DNA of 64,000 bases, from the sequence record OR437326.1; one strand, written 5' to 3'. How positions within the stretch are numbered: the stretch's first letter is position 1; each line of letters opens with the position of its first letter. The translations under genes and the position numbers were made by a program. Positions 44,503 to 53,691 of the stretch are shown here, piece by piece. The notes under the pieces are model-generated. The model was not told where the DNA came from and did not search any database. It saw only the letters and a list, made by a program, of their open reading frames with translations. Origin of the DNA: Escherichia phage iGC_PHA_EC001.

Positions 44503-44922
44503 ATGAACATTAAATCAAATAATCCAGCTTACTCCTTCGATAACGCTTTTTGTCACGGTAGCGCCGCCAAAGGCTTCGAAATCGATGGTAAATTGGTTAT
44601 CGTGAACGTTGACGGGGAAGAGGTTGCAGTGTATCCGGTAAACGATGTTAAAAGCCGTTTACAATGCCGCATGGATGTTACCGCATATCAGCTTGATCCG
44701 GTCCGTGTAGTTGCCCTGGTATTAGAGGAAGAGATCAAAGCAATGCATCATAGCAATAAGTTTATTGGTGACGCGCAGGACAATATGAACGTTTGCCGCC
44801 ATAAAGTTAATGAAGCCTTGAAAGAATGCGGTTTTAAGGATCTGATGATCAAACGTGATGAAAAATTCCGCTTTCGTAATGACCTGGCAAACCGGATCTA
44901 CTCAATCTATGAAGCGTTATAA
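44503..44922 (+). CDS. hypothetical protein (139 aa)
   Basis: ORF-track ORF. Confidence 0.55.
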   Translation: MNIKSNNPAYSFDNAFCHGSAAKGFEIDGKLVIVNVDGEEVAVYPVNDVKSRLQCRMDVTAYQLDPVRVVALVLEEEIKAMHHSNKFIGDAQDNMNVCRHKVNEALKECGFKDLMIKRDEKFRFRNDLANRIYSIYEAL

Positions 44923-44935
44923 TTGACAACAAAAC

Positions 44936-44965
44936 AAGGGGCGCACTAAGCGCCCTTTCTTTTTG
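44936..44965 (+). terminator. rho-independent terminator (repeated family, copy 3)
   Basis: aaggggcgcactaagcgccctt followed by tctttttg. Confidence 0.65.
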
Positions 44966-45926
44966 CCTGAATAATGTTGATAGATTCCGCCTATGGAAAA
45001 CAGACACAGAACAAAACTGAATAAATAGCGGTATCAAGCTAATCAACCATTAAACGAATAACCATACCTCCCAGGGTAACAGGCTGTTAGAGAGCCATTT
45101 ATAGCGGTTAAAATCGATCAACAACCAACAACAAACCATCAAAAACACCCTTTTACCTCCTTTCTAGTGCAATGATAACCATTATCATCTATCCATGTTT
45201 ATCTATGCAATATAAGTGCATAACTATAATGTTGATAATAGTTCGCAACAACTAACTAACCAACAACCTAAAACAATAAGCAAACTAATCATAATCAAAG
45301 GAATAATAGCAAGATGATTGATAACGACAAACAATCAAACCATGATGAATACTAAGCAAGATAACGATAACACGACAAAACAACCAACTAACGAACAATA
45401 ACAAACGAAACCATTAAAATAATAACTATTAGCAAAATAGTGCCTGAATGAAATCATTACAAAACGAATCATTCCCAGGATCATCATTAGCACGCTATGC
45501 CGGACACATAGCGAGCTAATAATAAGCCAACTACACCCCAACAATCATAACCATCGGTGATGGTTATTTCTTGTTACTGCGTAGCTTGCAATAATTGCAA
45601 GCGTAATGACGCTTACACTTATTGCGCTGGCTTATTATTAGCATTATATGTAATTACCAAGATCATAACATTAGCGCAATAACAATAATCATTGTAGTAA
45701 TTACAAGATGAAATCATTAGCAAGATGAATAATTGCACGTAGCAACATGAGCGAATAGCGACAGGTTGCATAGTGTGCACATAGTGTATAAACATACAGG
45801 AAAATAAAGGCTAATCTTTTGGGGGCGAATACTATCGCGTAGCGATATGTTGAGCATCTTCTCTTAAACGTAAATAAAATCAGAAAATTCTTGATTTATT
45901 TTAGTTTTTATGTTAATAAACGTTTA

Positions 45927-45948
45927 AATAATAATCATTCTCATATAA
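45927..45948. promoter_or_regulatory. Fur-box-like palindromic motif, copy R1
   Basis: aataataatcattctcatataa. Confidence 0.3.
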
Positions 45949-46105
45949 ATAATAGTCTGCTTGTCATGAGCGGGATCAGTTGACAATGTTCCGTCATATG
46001 ATGAGGTTGCCAAACCATTGATAAATAAGTGTTTGTGTGATTTATAATCAAGTGGCCCACCTTGTCGCTACGTTGGCATGAGCCTTGCATAAGTCATTGA
46101 ATACG

Positions 46106-46127
46106 AATGATAATTATTCTCATTCGC
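46106..46127. promoter_or_regulatory. Fur-box-like palindromic motif, copy R2
   Basis: aatgataattattctcattcgc. Confidence 0.35.
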
Positions 46128-46466
46128 ATGATATTTGGGAATTGTCGCTGCGTGGACCTGACGGCCCGAAAATTCGCGTTAAGCACTTCTTACGTATGCG
46201 CCATGATTTTTTGCCATATGATATTGATTCTATTAGATATTCTTGCCATGATTGCCATGAAACAGGGTGTGTCGAAATAATCTCTCCCCGTAGATATTTT
46301 GGGTTACTTTTTATACAAGAGTGGGGTGTCAAAAATAATCGGTATATATGGGATAATTGATAGGAATCCCCTATGATAATTCTATTGTAATTCCCTAAGA
46401 TCGATCGTATGATGTTGGTGATTGATGATTGCCATGAAAGATGGCTAACGATGAGAGGAGATTATC

Positions 46467-46871
46467 ATGCAAGAGAGTAAAAATGTTCCGTTGAGTAGTG
46501 CAGAATTGATTCGATTCTACAAAGCATGGATGGCTGATCACTTCAGCATGGATCGCACGAAGAATGGTCTGTGCACTTGTCTTGTAAATTTCCTAGCCTC
46601 AACACTACAACCTGAAAACCCGACAGAGGATCAATGGATAACCTACTTAAAGATACGTAATAAGATTGTAAGAGAGATGAAATCTCAATTTCTTTGTGCT
46701 AACCTGTCTTATGTCTTTCCATTTAATATGGGCTTCCAAGATTATGAAAATGAAGTCAAACACAAAAGGTGTCATGAAAACCAACTACGTGTGCAATGGG
46801 TTAAGGACAGAATTGAAGATTGTTTGAATAATTATGAGGATGTGTTATGCGAACAAAACAAATCTCGTTAA
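46467..46871 (+). CDS. paralog family A member 1 (FY..W..../GLC/CHxN/WVKD signature)
   Basis: LIRFYKAWMADHF..NGLCTCL..PFN..CHENQLRVQWVKDRIEDC. Confidence 0.6.
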   Translation: MQESKNVPLSSAELIRFYKAWMADHFSMDRTKNGLCTCLVNFLASTLQPENPTEDQWITYLKIRNKIVREMKSQFLCANLSYVFPFNMGFQDYENEVKHKRCHENQLRVQWVKDRIEDCLNNYEDVLCEQNKSR

Positions 46872-47212
46872 GTAGTACAATGTTGTTGATGTTTTATAAA
46901 AGGTGGTTGGAAGGAGATACTTCCCTTAATCGCACAGAGCACGGGTTGTGTTTATGTATTAATCATTTTGTGCGAAGTCATTATGCAAAGGATGTGCATA
47001 GTCCCAGATGGTATGATGACATGGCGAACAGCTTGGTATATGAAATGCGCAAGCAATTTGAAGAAGCTGGTCTTTGTGCTATTAATCCATTTAACAAAGA
47101 ATATGCAGATTACTTCTTTGAAGTTGAGAACAAAATGTGTCATCTGAATCCGCTTCGCATTCAGTGGGTGAAAGATCGCATTGAAGATGCAAATAATGCT
47201 TGCATTGAATAA
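46847..47212 (+). CDS. paralog family A member 2
   Basis: MFYKRWLEGD..HGLCLCI..NPFN..CHLNPLRIQWVKDRIED. Confidence 0.6.
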   Translation: MRTKQISLSSTMLLMFYKRWLEGDTSLNRTEHGLCLCINHFVRSHYAKDVHSPRWYDDMANSLVYEMRKQFEEAGLCAINPFNKEYADYFFEVENKMCHLNPLRIQWVKDRIEDANNACIE

Positions 47213-47262
47213 AGATGTTTGTATAATGGATGACATAACAGATAGCCAATGAGGAGATTGAA

Positions 47263-47472
47263 ATGTCAAATATGAAAACTGTATCCTTGTATTTAGCTAA
47301 CACGGATCGTGTGCACACCCTTGCTAATGCAAGTCGTGTACTCGTGCAGTTCCGAAACTTTGCACCGTCCGTTGTGACAGGCAGTGAAACGTGTGTTATC
47401 GATTTCATTAACGAATACTTCCGAGGGAATCCGGTTAGTCGTTACTTTATTAAGGGTCTGAAGGATGCATAA
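47263..47472 (+). CDS. hypothetical protein (69 aa)
   Basis: ORF-track ORF, RBS gaggag. Confidence 0.5.
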   Translation: MSNMKTVSLYLANTDRVHTLANASRVLVQFRNFAPSVVTGSETCVIDFINEYFRGNPVSRYFIKGLKDA

Positions 47473-47473
47473 T

Positions 47474-47695
47474 ATGAAACGCATGAAAATTCGTATTGAG
47501 AATGATGGTGGTTATAAAGGATTGGCACATGCAAAATTTCCACTTGTGCTGGAAGCTACTGTGGAATACAGTGGGCTTGCGCATGTGCGATTCTCGAAGA
47601 TGATGGAAGTGCAGGAATGGTTTTGGGACGAGATAGATGCACGAGAAGGGGAAGATTATGTTTTCTTTCCTCATGAATATAACATTATCTATTAA
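47474..47695 (+). CDS. hypothetical protein, paralog pair B (copy 1)
   Basis: Trimmed to MKRMKIRIEN; paralog of 51415..51636 (MKIR(I/V)..FP/IPFV(L/V)EA..W..E...DYVFF..E.N). Confidence 0.5.
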   Translation: MKRMKIRIENDGGYKGLAHAKFPLVLEATVEYSGLAHVRFSKMMEVQEWFWDEIDAREGEDYVFFPHEYNIIY

Positions 47696-47707
47696 AGGTT
47701 GTGTGCA

Positions 47708-47947
47708 ATGATCACACCACAACAGAATGAAGCAGCAATGGATCTTCTTGATAGTTTGTATTTCGATAATTGGTACTCTGAATGTGAATGGATGAATATG
47801 CAAACTCTGAAAGAGAAGACAGAAGCGTTGATTACAGTAGATCAATTTCTTGCAGAGACGGAAAGAATGAATTATGATATGGCATCTCGCGCACGACGCG
47901 TTTCCATTTTCAATAAAATGTTAGCATTATGGGGAGGTAGAAAATGA
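47708..47947 (+). CDS. hypothetical protein (79 aa)
   Basis: Trimmed to MITPQQNE. Confidence 0.45.
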   Translation: MITPQQNEAAMDLLDSLYFDNWYSECEWMNMQTLKEKTEALITVDQFLAETERMNYDMASRARRVSIFNKMLALWGGRK

Positions 47948-48405
47948 GACAATTCACTATACTGGCAGCTTATGTGCAATGTGTTCACGATTATGTTAGT
48001 GCTCATACAGGTTTGCTGGAAGTTAATAGTAAAATTGAAGGCAATATGGGTACTGTCTGTGTGCAACATACTTTATCCAATGTGCCGTTTAAAGTGTTCA
48101 CTGTTGTAGCTGCCGATTACAATCGTGTAGATGTGCGTTTCTTGGATCATAATTTTCGTAACGCACTAGATAATATCGAAGATTATCTTCCCGTGAAACC
48201 TTTGTCATTTCCACCGAGTCGTGCAAATAATGTAGTGACAAACCTTAATGAAAGGAATGTGGCTATGCATAAAAAAGTCCGTCAACTGAAAACACTGATG
48301 GAAATGCAAGAAGAGATTGAAAAAGAACTGAAAGAAGATTTTGGTATGCTTCCAAAAGACGCTTTGAAATGGTATGATGAACTAGGAGGAGAAAGTTATG
48401 AATAA
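47944..48405 (+). CDS. hypothetical protein (153 aa)
   Basis: ORF-track ORF. Confidence 0.5.
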   Translation: MRQFTILAAYVQCVHDYVSAHTGLLEVNSKIEGNMGTVCVQHTLSNVPFKVFTVVAADYNRVDVRFLDHNFRNALDNIEDYLPVKPLSFPPSRANNVVTNLNERNVAMHKKVRQLKTLMEMQEEIEKELKEDFGMLPKDALKWYDELGGESYE

Positions 48406-48592
48406 AGGAACTACTGTATATTTAGTAACAAAGAATACCCCAGGCTGGAGCCAATGCAGCACTGTCCCTTACAAGATCTGTGCAACATTAGAACTAGCAC
48501 AACGTGCAGAAGCAGAAGTGGATGCCATGCAATACAGCTATGGTGAGATCATTCCTTTTACTCTTGAACAAGAAGGAGCACATCATGTTTAA
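48398..48592 (+). CDS. hypothetical protein (64 aa), related to C-terminal half of MFK family
   Basis: TTVYLVTKN..CSTVPYKICATLELAQRAEAE resembles C-terminal module of 48585..49040 and 49046..49504. Confidence 0.45.
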   Translation: MNKGTTVYLVTKNTPGWSQCSTVPYKICATLELAQRAEAEVDAMQYSYGEIIPFTLEQEGAHHV

Positions 48593-49040
48593 AGTAGGGT
48601 TTACTTATAAATTCAAAAGCGTTGCTGACCAAGGAGATATGGCAACACATGGCAAAGCAAATATTGCTGTTTGCCAAGCGATTGGAAACGAAGTTTTCAA
48701 AGTTATGAATACAGATGATAAGTATGGGCATGTTCTTGAGTTTTATATCAATGGTACCCTCTATACAGCAGGTGTTACCCCAGGGTTTAATTCGTATACT
48801 TATTTGATTGATAACGAAGAATTTAAATATTTTGAAGAAGTAAAGGAGGAAACAATGGGTAAAGCAGAACCACAGTGGCACGTTGTGATCGTAGAATCAG
48901 AGTGTGTAGATGTTTGTTCTAGTTTTGAAAAAGCTTCTGAAGTCGCTACAAAAGCTAAGAAGGCTTATCCGTCTTCGACGGTTGAGATTTACGCTCGTGT
49001 TGCAGTAGCAAACACCACAACCACTATTGATAAGGAGTAA
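48585..49040 (+). CDS. MFK-family protein (tandem paralog 1 of 3)
   Basis: Trimmed to MFKVGFTYKF (RBS agaaggag). Confidence 0.55.
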   Translation: MFKVGFTYKFKSVADQGDMATHGKANIAVCQAIGNEVFKVMNTDDKYGHVLEFYINGTLYTAGVTPGFNSYTYLIDNEEFKYFEEVKEETMGKAEPQWHVVIVESECVDVCSSFEKASEVATKAKKAYPSSTVEIYARVAVANTTTTIDKE

Positions 49041-49045
49041 AGCCA

Positions 49046-49504
49046 ATGTTCAAAGAAGGTCATGTCTACCGTTTCCAGGATGAAGATTATATGCGACTAT
49101 ATTCTACCTTTGATAACAGTATTGCTGCTATCATTGGAGAGAATTTTTTCGAGGTGTTGAGCACTGATGCAAATGGTAATATCTTGTCAATGGTTGTAAT
49201 AGGTATGAGAGACGGTATTATCACTGCTGGTGACGGGGATCGTTACATAATCAATTCTGCTCATATAGATTATTTTGTTGACGGTGGTATTCGCGGTGGT
49301 CGTGGAAAACCCCAAGAAGAACCTGTTGATACAACAAAAGAAGAGTGGTATGTTGTAATGACTGATGACACCTGTATTTCTGGATTTGAAAGTTATGAAG
49401 AAGCTTTGAAAGAAGCAGCAGAGCATAAAATGGCTAATCCTACAGAAGAGGTTGAAGTTTATAAACGTTTGGTTGTTGCTACCATCGGCGTATCTTTTGT
49501 TTAA
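49046..49504 (+). CDS. MFK-family protein (tandem paralog 2 of 3)
   Basis: MFKEGHVYRF..; C-terminal EWYVVMTDDTCISGFESYEEALKEA matches paralog 1. Confidence 0.55.
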   Translation: MFKEGHVYRFQDEDYMRLYSTFDNSIAAIIGENFFEVLSTDANGNILSMVVIGMRDGIITAGDGDRYIINSAHIDYFVDGGIRGGRGKPQEEPVDTTKEEWYVVMTDDTCISGFESYEEALKEAAEHKMANPTEEVEVYKRLVVATIGVSFV

Positions 49505-49516
49505 AAGGGGAATGTT

Positions 49517-49954
49517 ATGTTTAAAGTTAATGCTGTTTACTGTTTCAAAACTAAAGCTGCCCGTGAAGCTTTCTCTATGATCTCTGATGAAAATTTCAAA
49601 ATGGCAGCTTTGATTGAAGGGTCTTGTTTCCGCGTCGAAGATGTTAGTGAATCAGGCTCTGTTTGCTCATTGACTTTATTGGACAGCGGGGATATTATTG
49701 AAGCTGGACAGTATCCGTTCAGAAGTTGGGGGATGTTGTTAGCTCGCGGAGAGCGTAACTTTTTTATGTGCGTGTCTGCGGGGGAAGTTGTGAAAGAAAC
49801 TAAGGATGTTTCTGTTTACAATTCTGAATTTATAAGTTATAGTGAGTATCAACATCTGGAAGGCATTGTTGGTCACTTGTTATCTCTGATTGACATTGAA
49901 TGTGACCTGCCTGAATCATTGAAAGAAGAGTTGAAAGCATTAGATCTGTTATAA
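49517..49954 (+). CDS. MFK-family protein (tandem paralog 3 of 3)
   Basis: MFKVNAVYCF.. N-terminal signature. Confidence 0.5.
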   Translation: MFKVNAVYCFKTKAAREAFSMISDENFKMAALIEGSCFRVEDVSESGSVCSLTLLDSGDIIEAGQYPFRSWGMLLARGERNFFMCVSAGEVVKETKDVSVYNSEFISYSEYQHLEGIVGHLLSLIDIECDLPESLKEELKALDLL

Positions 49955-49981
49955 TGTTTCGCACAACGAAAGGAGAATAAG

Positions 49982-50281
49982 ATGAATCTGACCGAACAGT
50001 TACGCCGTATTGCAAAAGAAGCTTCCTTCAACTTCCCTGTTGAAGAAGTGATCGAGACATGCTTTGCTGAAGCACGAGCGGGAAACTCTTCAAGAAATTT
50101 CACGCCATCTGATTTTGGTCTGAATAATTCTCCCACCCACCCAGAGCAGATCTACAATCAGGTGAAGTGGATGGATGAAGCAGTAGCAATTCTTCGTGAG
50201 CGTGGGCTTATTGTTTATAAAGAAATGGATCTGAACGGGGCATACGAGTGGATCACTATTGATTGGTCCGAGGTGAAATGA
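49982..50281 (+). CDS. hypothetical protein (99 aa)
   Basis: ORF-track ORF. Confidence 0.5.
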   Translation: MNLTEQLRRIAKEASFNFPVEEVIETCFAEARAGNSSRNFTPSDFGLNNSPTHPEQIYNQVKWMDEAVAILRERGLIVYKEMDLNGAYEWITIDWSEVK

Positions 50282-50514
50282 TGAAAGGTAACAAGATGAA
50301 AGTTAATCAAGTGCCTAGCGCATACACTTTGTGGCTTGCGCGAGCGTTACACCAGACGATCAAAGACCCTAAGAAGCCAATGAAGAGTGGGAAGAAGTTT
50401 ATGTCTAAGGGCAAAACAACTTTTGGCTTCACTCGTATGTCTGTTAAGATGAAAAGGTTGGGGTACAAGCCAAACTACGCTCGTTACCCTTCCGAATACA
50501 ACTGGTTTGACTAA
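50278..50514 (+). CDS. hypothetical basic protein (78 aa)
   Basis: ATGA-coupled start; K-rich. Confidence 0.45.
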   Translation: MMKGNKMKVNQVPSAYTLWLARALHQTIKDPKKPMKSGKKFMSKGKTTFGFTRMSVKMKRLGYKPNYARYPSEYNWFD

Positions 50515-50527
50515 AAGGAGAAAGACT

Positions 50528-50704
50528 ATGGCTACTTTTCAACAACTGAAAGATGTTTCACGTTTAGTAAGAAAAATCCGAGAAGCAGACGCTGCTGTGC
50601 GGAATGCATTAACGCCAGCAGAGCGTGAAGATCTTGAAGAGGAGGTGAAAACAGCCGAGAATGCTTTTGCTGTGTATCTTTCAACACTGTATACAGGAGG
50701 TTAA
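50528..50704 (+). CDS. hypothetical protein (58 aa)
   Basis: Trimmed to MATFQQLKD with RBS aaaggagaaag. Confidence 0.45.
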   Translation: MATFQQLKDVSRLVRKIREADAAVRNALTPAEREDLEEEVKTAENAFAVYLSTLYTGG

Positions 50705-51019
50705 ATGTCAGAAGAACTTAAAGAATTTTATCAGGCATATCATAACTGGCTGTTAGCTGGTGCTCCAGATAATAATCCTTTCTGGCATGATAAAGGATTA
50801 TGTAGTTGCCTCTACCTTTGGACTGGAGGTTATGATGATCTAAATTATGAAATGCAAATGCAATTCCGTGAGGCAGGATTGTCTGAAGAATACCCGTTTG
50901 ATGAAGGAGACTGGTTTAAATATGATTTTGCACAAAGAAACGGGCTATTGCATTTGAATGCTGCCCGTATAAAATGGGTAAAAGACCATGCTACACAGGA
51001 GGATGTGCAATGCCAATAG
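50705..51019 (+). CDS. paralog family A member 3
   Basis: EFYQAYHNWLLAGAPDNNPF..KGLCSCL..YPFDEG..LHLNAARIKWVKDH. Confidence 0.6.
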   Translation: MSEELKEFYQAYHNWLLAGAPDNNPFWHDKGLCSCLYLWTGGYDDLNYEMQMQFREAGLSEEYPFDEGDWFKYDFAQRNGLLHLNAARIKWVKDHATQEDVQCQ

Positions 51020-51210
51020 TGTTTAGTTTCTTAGTAATTGTTATGATTGTTCTTTTCGCGGCATGGCTTTGGGATTTTGACCCAGGAGCAGCGCAGCAAA
51101 GAGCTACAGACTGGAAAGAACAATGTATTGTGCTCAAACATGAACGAAATGCGGAGAAATTTCTTGACCTAGAGTGTGATCGCCTTGTAAGATACAAGCA
51201 AGATAAATAA
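51010..51210 (+). CDS. small membrane protein (66 aa)
   Basis: Trimmed to MPIVFSFLVIVMIVLFAAWLW (TM helix), RBS aggagg. Confidence 0.45.
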   Translation: MPIVFSFLVIVMIVLFAAWLWDFDPGAAQQRATDWKEQCIVLKHERNAEKFLDLECDRLVRYKQDK

Positions 51211-51212
51211 CC

Positions 51213-51413
51213 TTGAGGTGCAAAATGGTAATTGAGATTAAACTTGAATATGCTGGGGCTGTTGCCCTGATCGCACAAATGTTGGGAGCAAAGATTGAAG
51301 AAGTGTGTATCAATGCCTGGAGTGTAGAGATTAATGTTCCTATGGATAACATTGCTAATCGCTTGCTGGTAGCAGAGTGTGAACGCACCAACATAATCTA
51401 CAAAGGAGCATAA
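51213..51413 (+). CDS. hypothetical protein (66 aa)
   Basis: ORF-track ORF. Confidence 0.45.
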   Translation: MRCKMVIEIKLEYAGAVALIAQMLGAKIEEVCINAWSVEINVPMDNIANRLLVAECERTNIIYKGA

Positions 51414-51414
51414 T

Positions 51415-51636
51415 ATGAAAATTAGAGTTTGTGATGTATTGGGTTATGTTGGTTTTGAGAATGTTCAGATTCCTTTTGTTGTTGAAGCACATCTTGTTAG
51501 CGATGACATGACAACATTCTTTGTTACGATAGAAGAAATGTCCAAAGTTGAGGGATGGGAGTGGTTTGAAGAAGATGTTTGGGAAGGTTGTGATTACGTA
51601 TTTTTCTCTGATGAAGTGAATGTTCTTTCGGAGTAG
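51415..51636 (+). CDS. hypothetical protein, paralog pair B (copy 2)
   Basis: Paralog of 47474..47695. Confidence 0.5.
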   Translation: MKIRVCDVLGYVGFENVQIPFVVEAHLVSDDMTTFFVTIEEMSKVEGWEWFEEDVWEGCDYVFFSDEVNVLSE

Positions 51637-51638
51637 GT

Positions 51639-51845
51639 ATGTCTCGTTTTACAAAAGCAGTGTCCATATGTAAGAAACAGTATGAAAGTGATTACGGAAT
51701 ATTTAATATTCCAGTGGATCATACGAAGTATTGTTCATGTGGTGGCAGAATGAAGAAAACAGTGATTTATGCGGATAGTGGAGACGAACTTGTTCCGGTT
51801 ATGGTTTGCAAAGCTTGTCATTCTGTTAAAACATTAAAAGCGTAA
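51639..51845 (+). CDS. hypothetical Cys-rich protein (68 aa)
   Basis: C..C....CSCGG..and CKACH pairs suggest zinc ribbon. Confidence 0.45.
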   Translation: MSRFTKAVSICKKQYESDYGIFNIPVDHTKYCSCGGRMKKTVIYADSGDELVPVMVCKACHSVKTLKA

Positions 51846-51849
51846 GGAG

Positions 51850-51915
51850 TCGGGACACCCGACGATTGGAGCTAAAAATTTTGCGTACAACCCTTTCCGC
51901 CCAACAGGGGCGCGT
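51850..51915 (+). other. structured GC-rich leader/terminator region
   Basis: gtcgggacacccgac hairpin and cgcccaacaggggcg hairpin between genes. Confidence 0.3.
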
Positions 51916-51940
51916 CGGGTAAATAAAGAGGAGAGTTTAT

Positions 51941-52339
51941 ATGAAAAAGATCATCGTAGGTTTCTTGTTACTCATTGCATCACTTGGAACAGCAAATGCG
52001 TCTCAAGTTTATGAGTGTGTGTCAGATGTGGTTGTTAAAAATCTGAAAGGTGAAGTGATTTCTGGTCCTAAGAAAATGGCTTCTGTTGTCATTAATAAAG
52101 ATAACTCCTTTATCCTTAAAAATTCAGGTGGTGCTTTGATGAGTGGCATTCTGCAATACACAGGAGAAAAAAGTAAAGATGGTAGTGCTATGTATGGTTC
52201 ACAACAATTTATTGGCACTACTGAAGTTGTGATGATGCGCACAGAGTATCGAGACACTTTGGCTTGGTTTGCATTTCTAAAAAATGATAAAACAATAACG
52301 AATGTTCTTACTCTAGAAGCTGATTGTACGCAACGATAA
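51941..52339 (+). CDS. secreted protein with signal peptide (132 aa)
   Basis: MKKIIVGFLLLIASLGTANA leader. Confidence 0.55.
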   Translation: MKKIIVGFLLLIASLGTANASQVYECVSDVVVKNLKGEVISGPKKMASVVINKDNSFILKNSGGALMSGILQYTGEKSKDGSAMYGSQQFIGTTEVVMMRTEYRDTLAWFAFLKNDKTITNVLTLEADCTQR

Positions 52340-52348
52340 GGGGGATTT

Positions 52349-52804
52349 ATGACTAAAATGAGACATTACGCTGTAAACTGCAACGATGCTTGGTGTTTGT
52401 GTCCTGATGATCCGACAGAAGGCACATTTGTAAGATATGAGGATTATAAAGAGTTATCGGATGCTGTGATCGCATTGTTAACTGATATCCGTTCACGTTA
52501 TCCAGGACAAGATTTCACTTGCCCTCACATCAAACTTCTTGCCCTTCTGGTAGAAGGGGAGGAACAAGTGGAAGATGGCTTCAAGCGTGTAGAGTATCAA
52601 GGTGAAACTTTAGAGGTTCCTGAATTTGTTAATTATATTGCAACAGATTCGAATGGCGAGCGTTATGGTTACAGTCATAAACCGGAGATTCCAGATTTCG
52701 CTTATGCGTGGCGTATTCCTTATCAAGTTTTTAATGCTGCGGATTACTGGTATTTAGGAGAAGGAGATAGCCGTAATTGGCGTGACTCCTTGGCTCAGGT
52801 TTAA
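52349..52804 (+). CDS. hypothetical protein (151 aa)
   Basis: ORF-track ORF. Confidence 0.5.
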   Translation: MTKMRHYAVNCNDAWCLCPDDPTEGTFVRYEDYKELSDAVIALLTDIRSRYPGQDFTCPHIKLLALLVEGEEQVEDGFKRVEYQGETLEVPEFVNYIATDSNGERYGYSHKPEIPDFAYAWRIPYQVFNAADYWYLGEGDSRNWRDSLAQV

Positions 52805-52808
52805 TACT

Positions 52809-53072
52809 ATGAAAGAAACATTACCAGCAGCCTACCGTCTGAATGATGAACGTATTTGGGAGTGGACCGACGTTTCTTGTTTTTACCCTGAAATAGTTCA
52901 ATATTGGCGAGCGAAAGGGTGTGTTGTAGTTATCAACCCTTGTGGACCAGTAGATGAAGATTGCTTGTATCTCGATGGAAAGTGGCACAGTTATTGTCGC
53001 TGGCCTTTTGAGTGGATGTGTAAAGAAGATCTACCAGAGAGTTGGGAGTATCCAAAAGCAAATAGGAGATAA
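52809..53072 (+). CDS. hypothetical protein (87 aa)
   Basis: Trimmed to MKETLPAAY; start uncertain. Confidence 0.4.
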   Translation: MKETLPAAYRLNDERIWEWTDVSCFYPEIVQYWRAKGCVVVINPCGPVDEDCLYLDGKWHSYCRWPFEWMCKEDLPESWEYPKANRR

Positions 53073-53073
53073 T

Positions 53074-53436
53074 ATGTCTAAAGATTTTGTTGAAGTATTT
53101 GTCAAAGATGAAGAAACTGGTTTAGGCACGGGTTTCATTTGTGAAGAAACTTTTAAGCGTGAACAAGAAAAAGCTATTCTTATGCACCGCTATGATCATG
53201 CACTAGAACAATGGAAAAATGCAGAACAAAAATGCAAAAACCTTTACGCAGAAAATAGAAAACTACAAGATCAAATGGAGTTGTTAGCTATCAGTTTACG
53301 ATCTCTCATTTTGGCTGTAGAAGATGGCTTTAAAAATCCAGATGGTTTTCCTGTGAGCGATATTGAACATGATTTGTATCTTGCTCGTGGTGCTTACTTC
53401 TATGTTAAACAGAAGTGTGTAGAAGGAGAGAAGTGA
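53074..53436 (+). CDS. hypothetical coiled-coil protein (120 aa)
   Basis: Trimmed to MSKDFVEVF with RBS aggagat. Confidence 0.5.
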   Translation: MSKDFVEVFVKDEETGLGTGFICEETFKREQEKAILMHRYDHALEQWKNAEQKCKNLYAENRKLQDQMELLAISLRSLILAVEDGFKNPDGFPVSDIEHDLYLARGAYFYVKQKCVEGEK

Positions 53437-53633
53437 TGGAAGAAAAACTGGAACGTATTATCGAGTTAGCCATGTCTATTGGCTACGACGATTGTTTTCT
53501 CCAAACTATTGGAGAAACACAGAACGATTACGACTCTTGGGTGAAAGAGTTGGAAGAACTCAAAACTTCCTTGATTGCTGACTTTGCTGAAGCAGAGGAT
53601 AAAGCAGATCGTTACAACCATCTGTGTCGATAA
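53436..53633 (+). CDS. hypothetical protein (65 aa)
   Basis: Trimmed to MEEKLERIIEL, RBS gaaggagag. Confidence 0.45.
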   Translation: MEEKLERIIELAMSIGYDDCFLQTIGETQNDYDSWVKELEELKTSLIADFAEAEDKADRYNHLCR

Positions 53634-53636
53634 GCC

Positions 53637-53666
53637 TTGACATTTATTTTATGTATGGTGTACATT
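53637..53666 (+). promoter_or_regulatory. sigma70-like promoter
   Basis: ttgaca-N18-tacatt upstream of gene 53692. Confidence 0.4.
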
Positions 53667-53691
53667 ATCAACGTGAGCAAGGTGGTGTAAT

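Larger units (their letters stand above)
44966..46466. other. 1.5-kb AT-rich noncoding region with degenerate repeats and palindromes
   Basis: No credible ORF; caacaa/aacca-rich tracts, palindromes aaccatcggtgatggtt and gcttgcaataattgcaagc, repeated tgaaatcatta words, Fur-box-like motifs. Confidence 0.6.

Noticed and set aside
46085-46360. ORF 46085-46360 (91 aa) and overlapping minus ORF 46120-46332 as genes
   Set aside because: No RBS, start embedded in the Fur-like motif, His/Cys-rich low-complexity translation; more likely noncoding.
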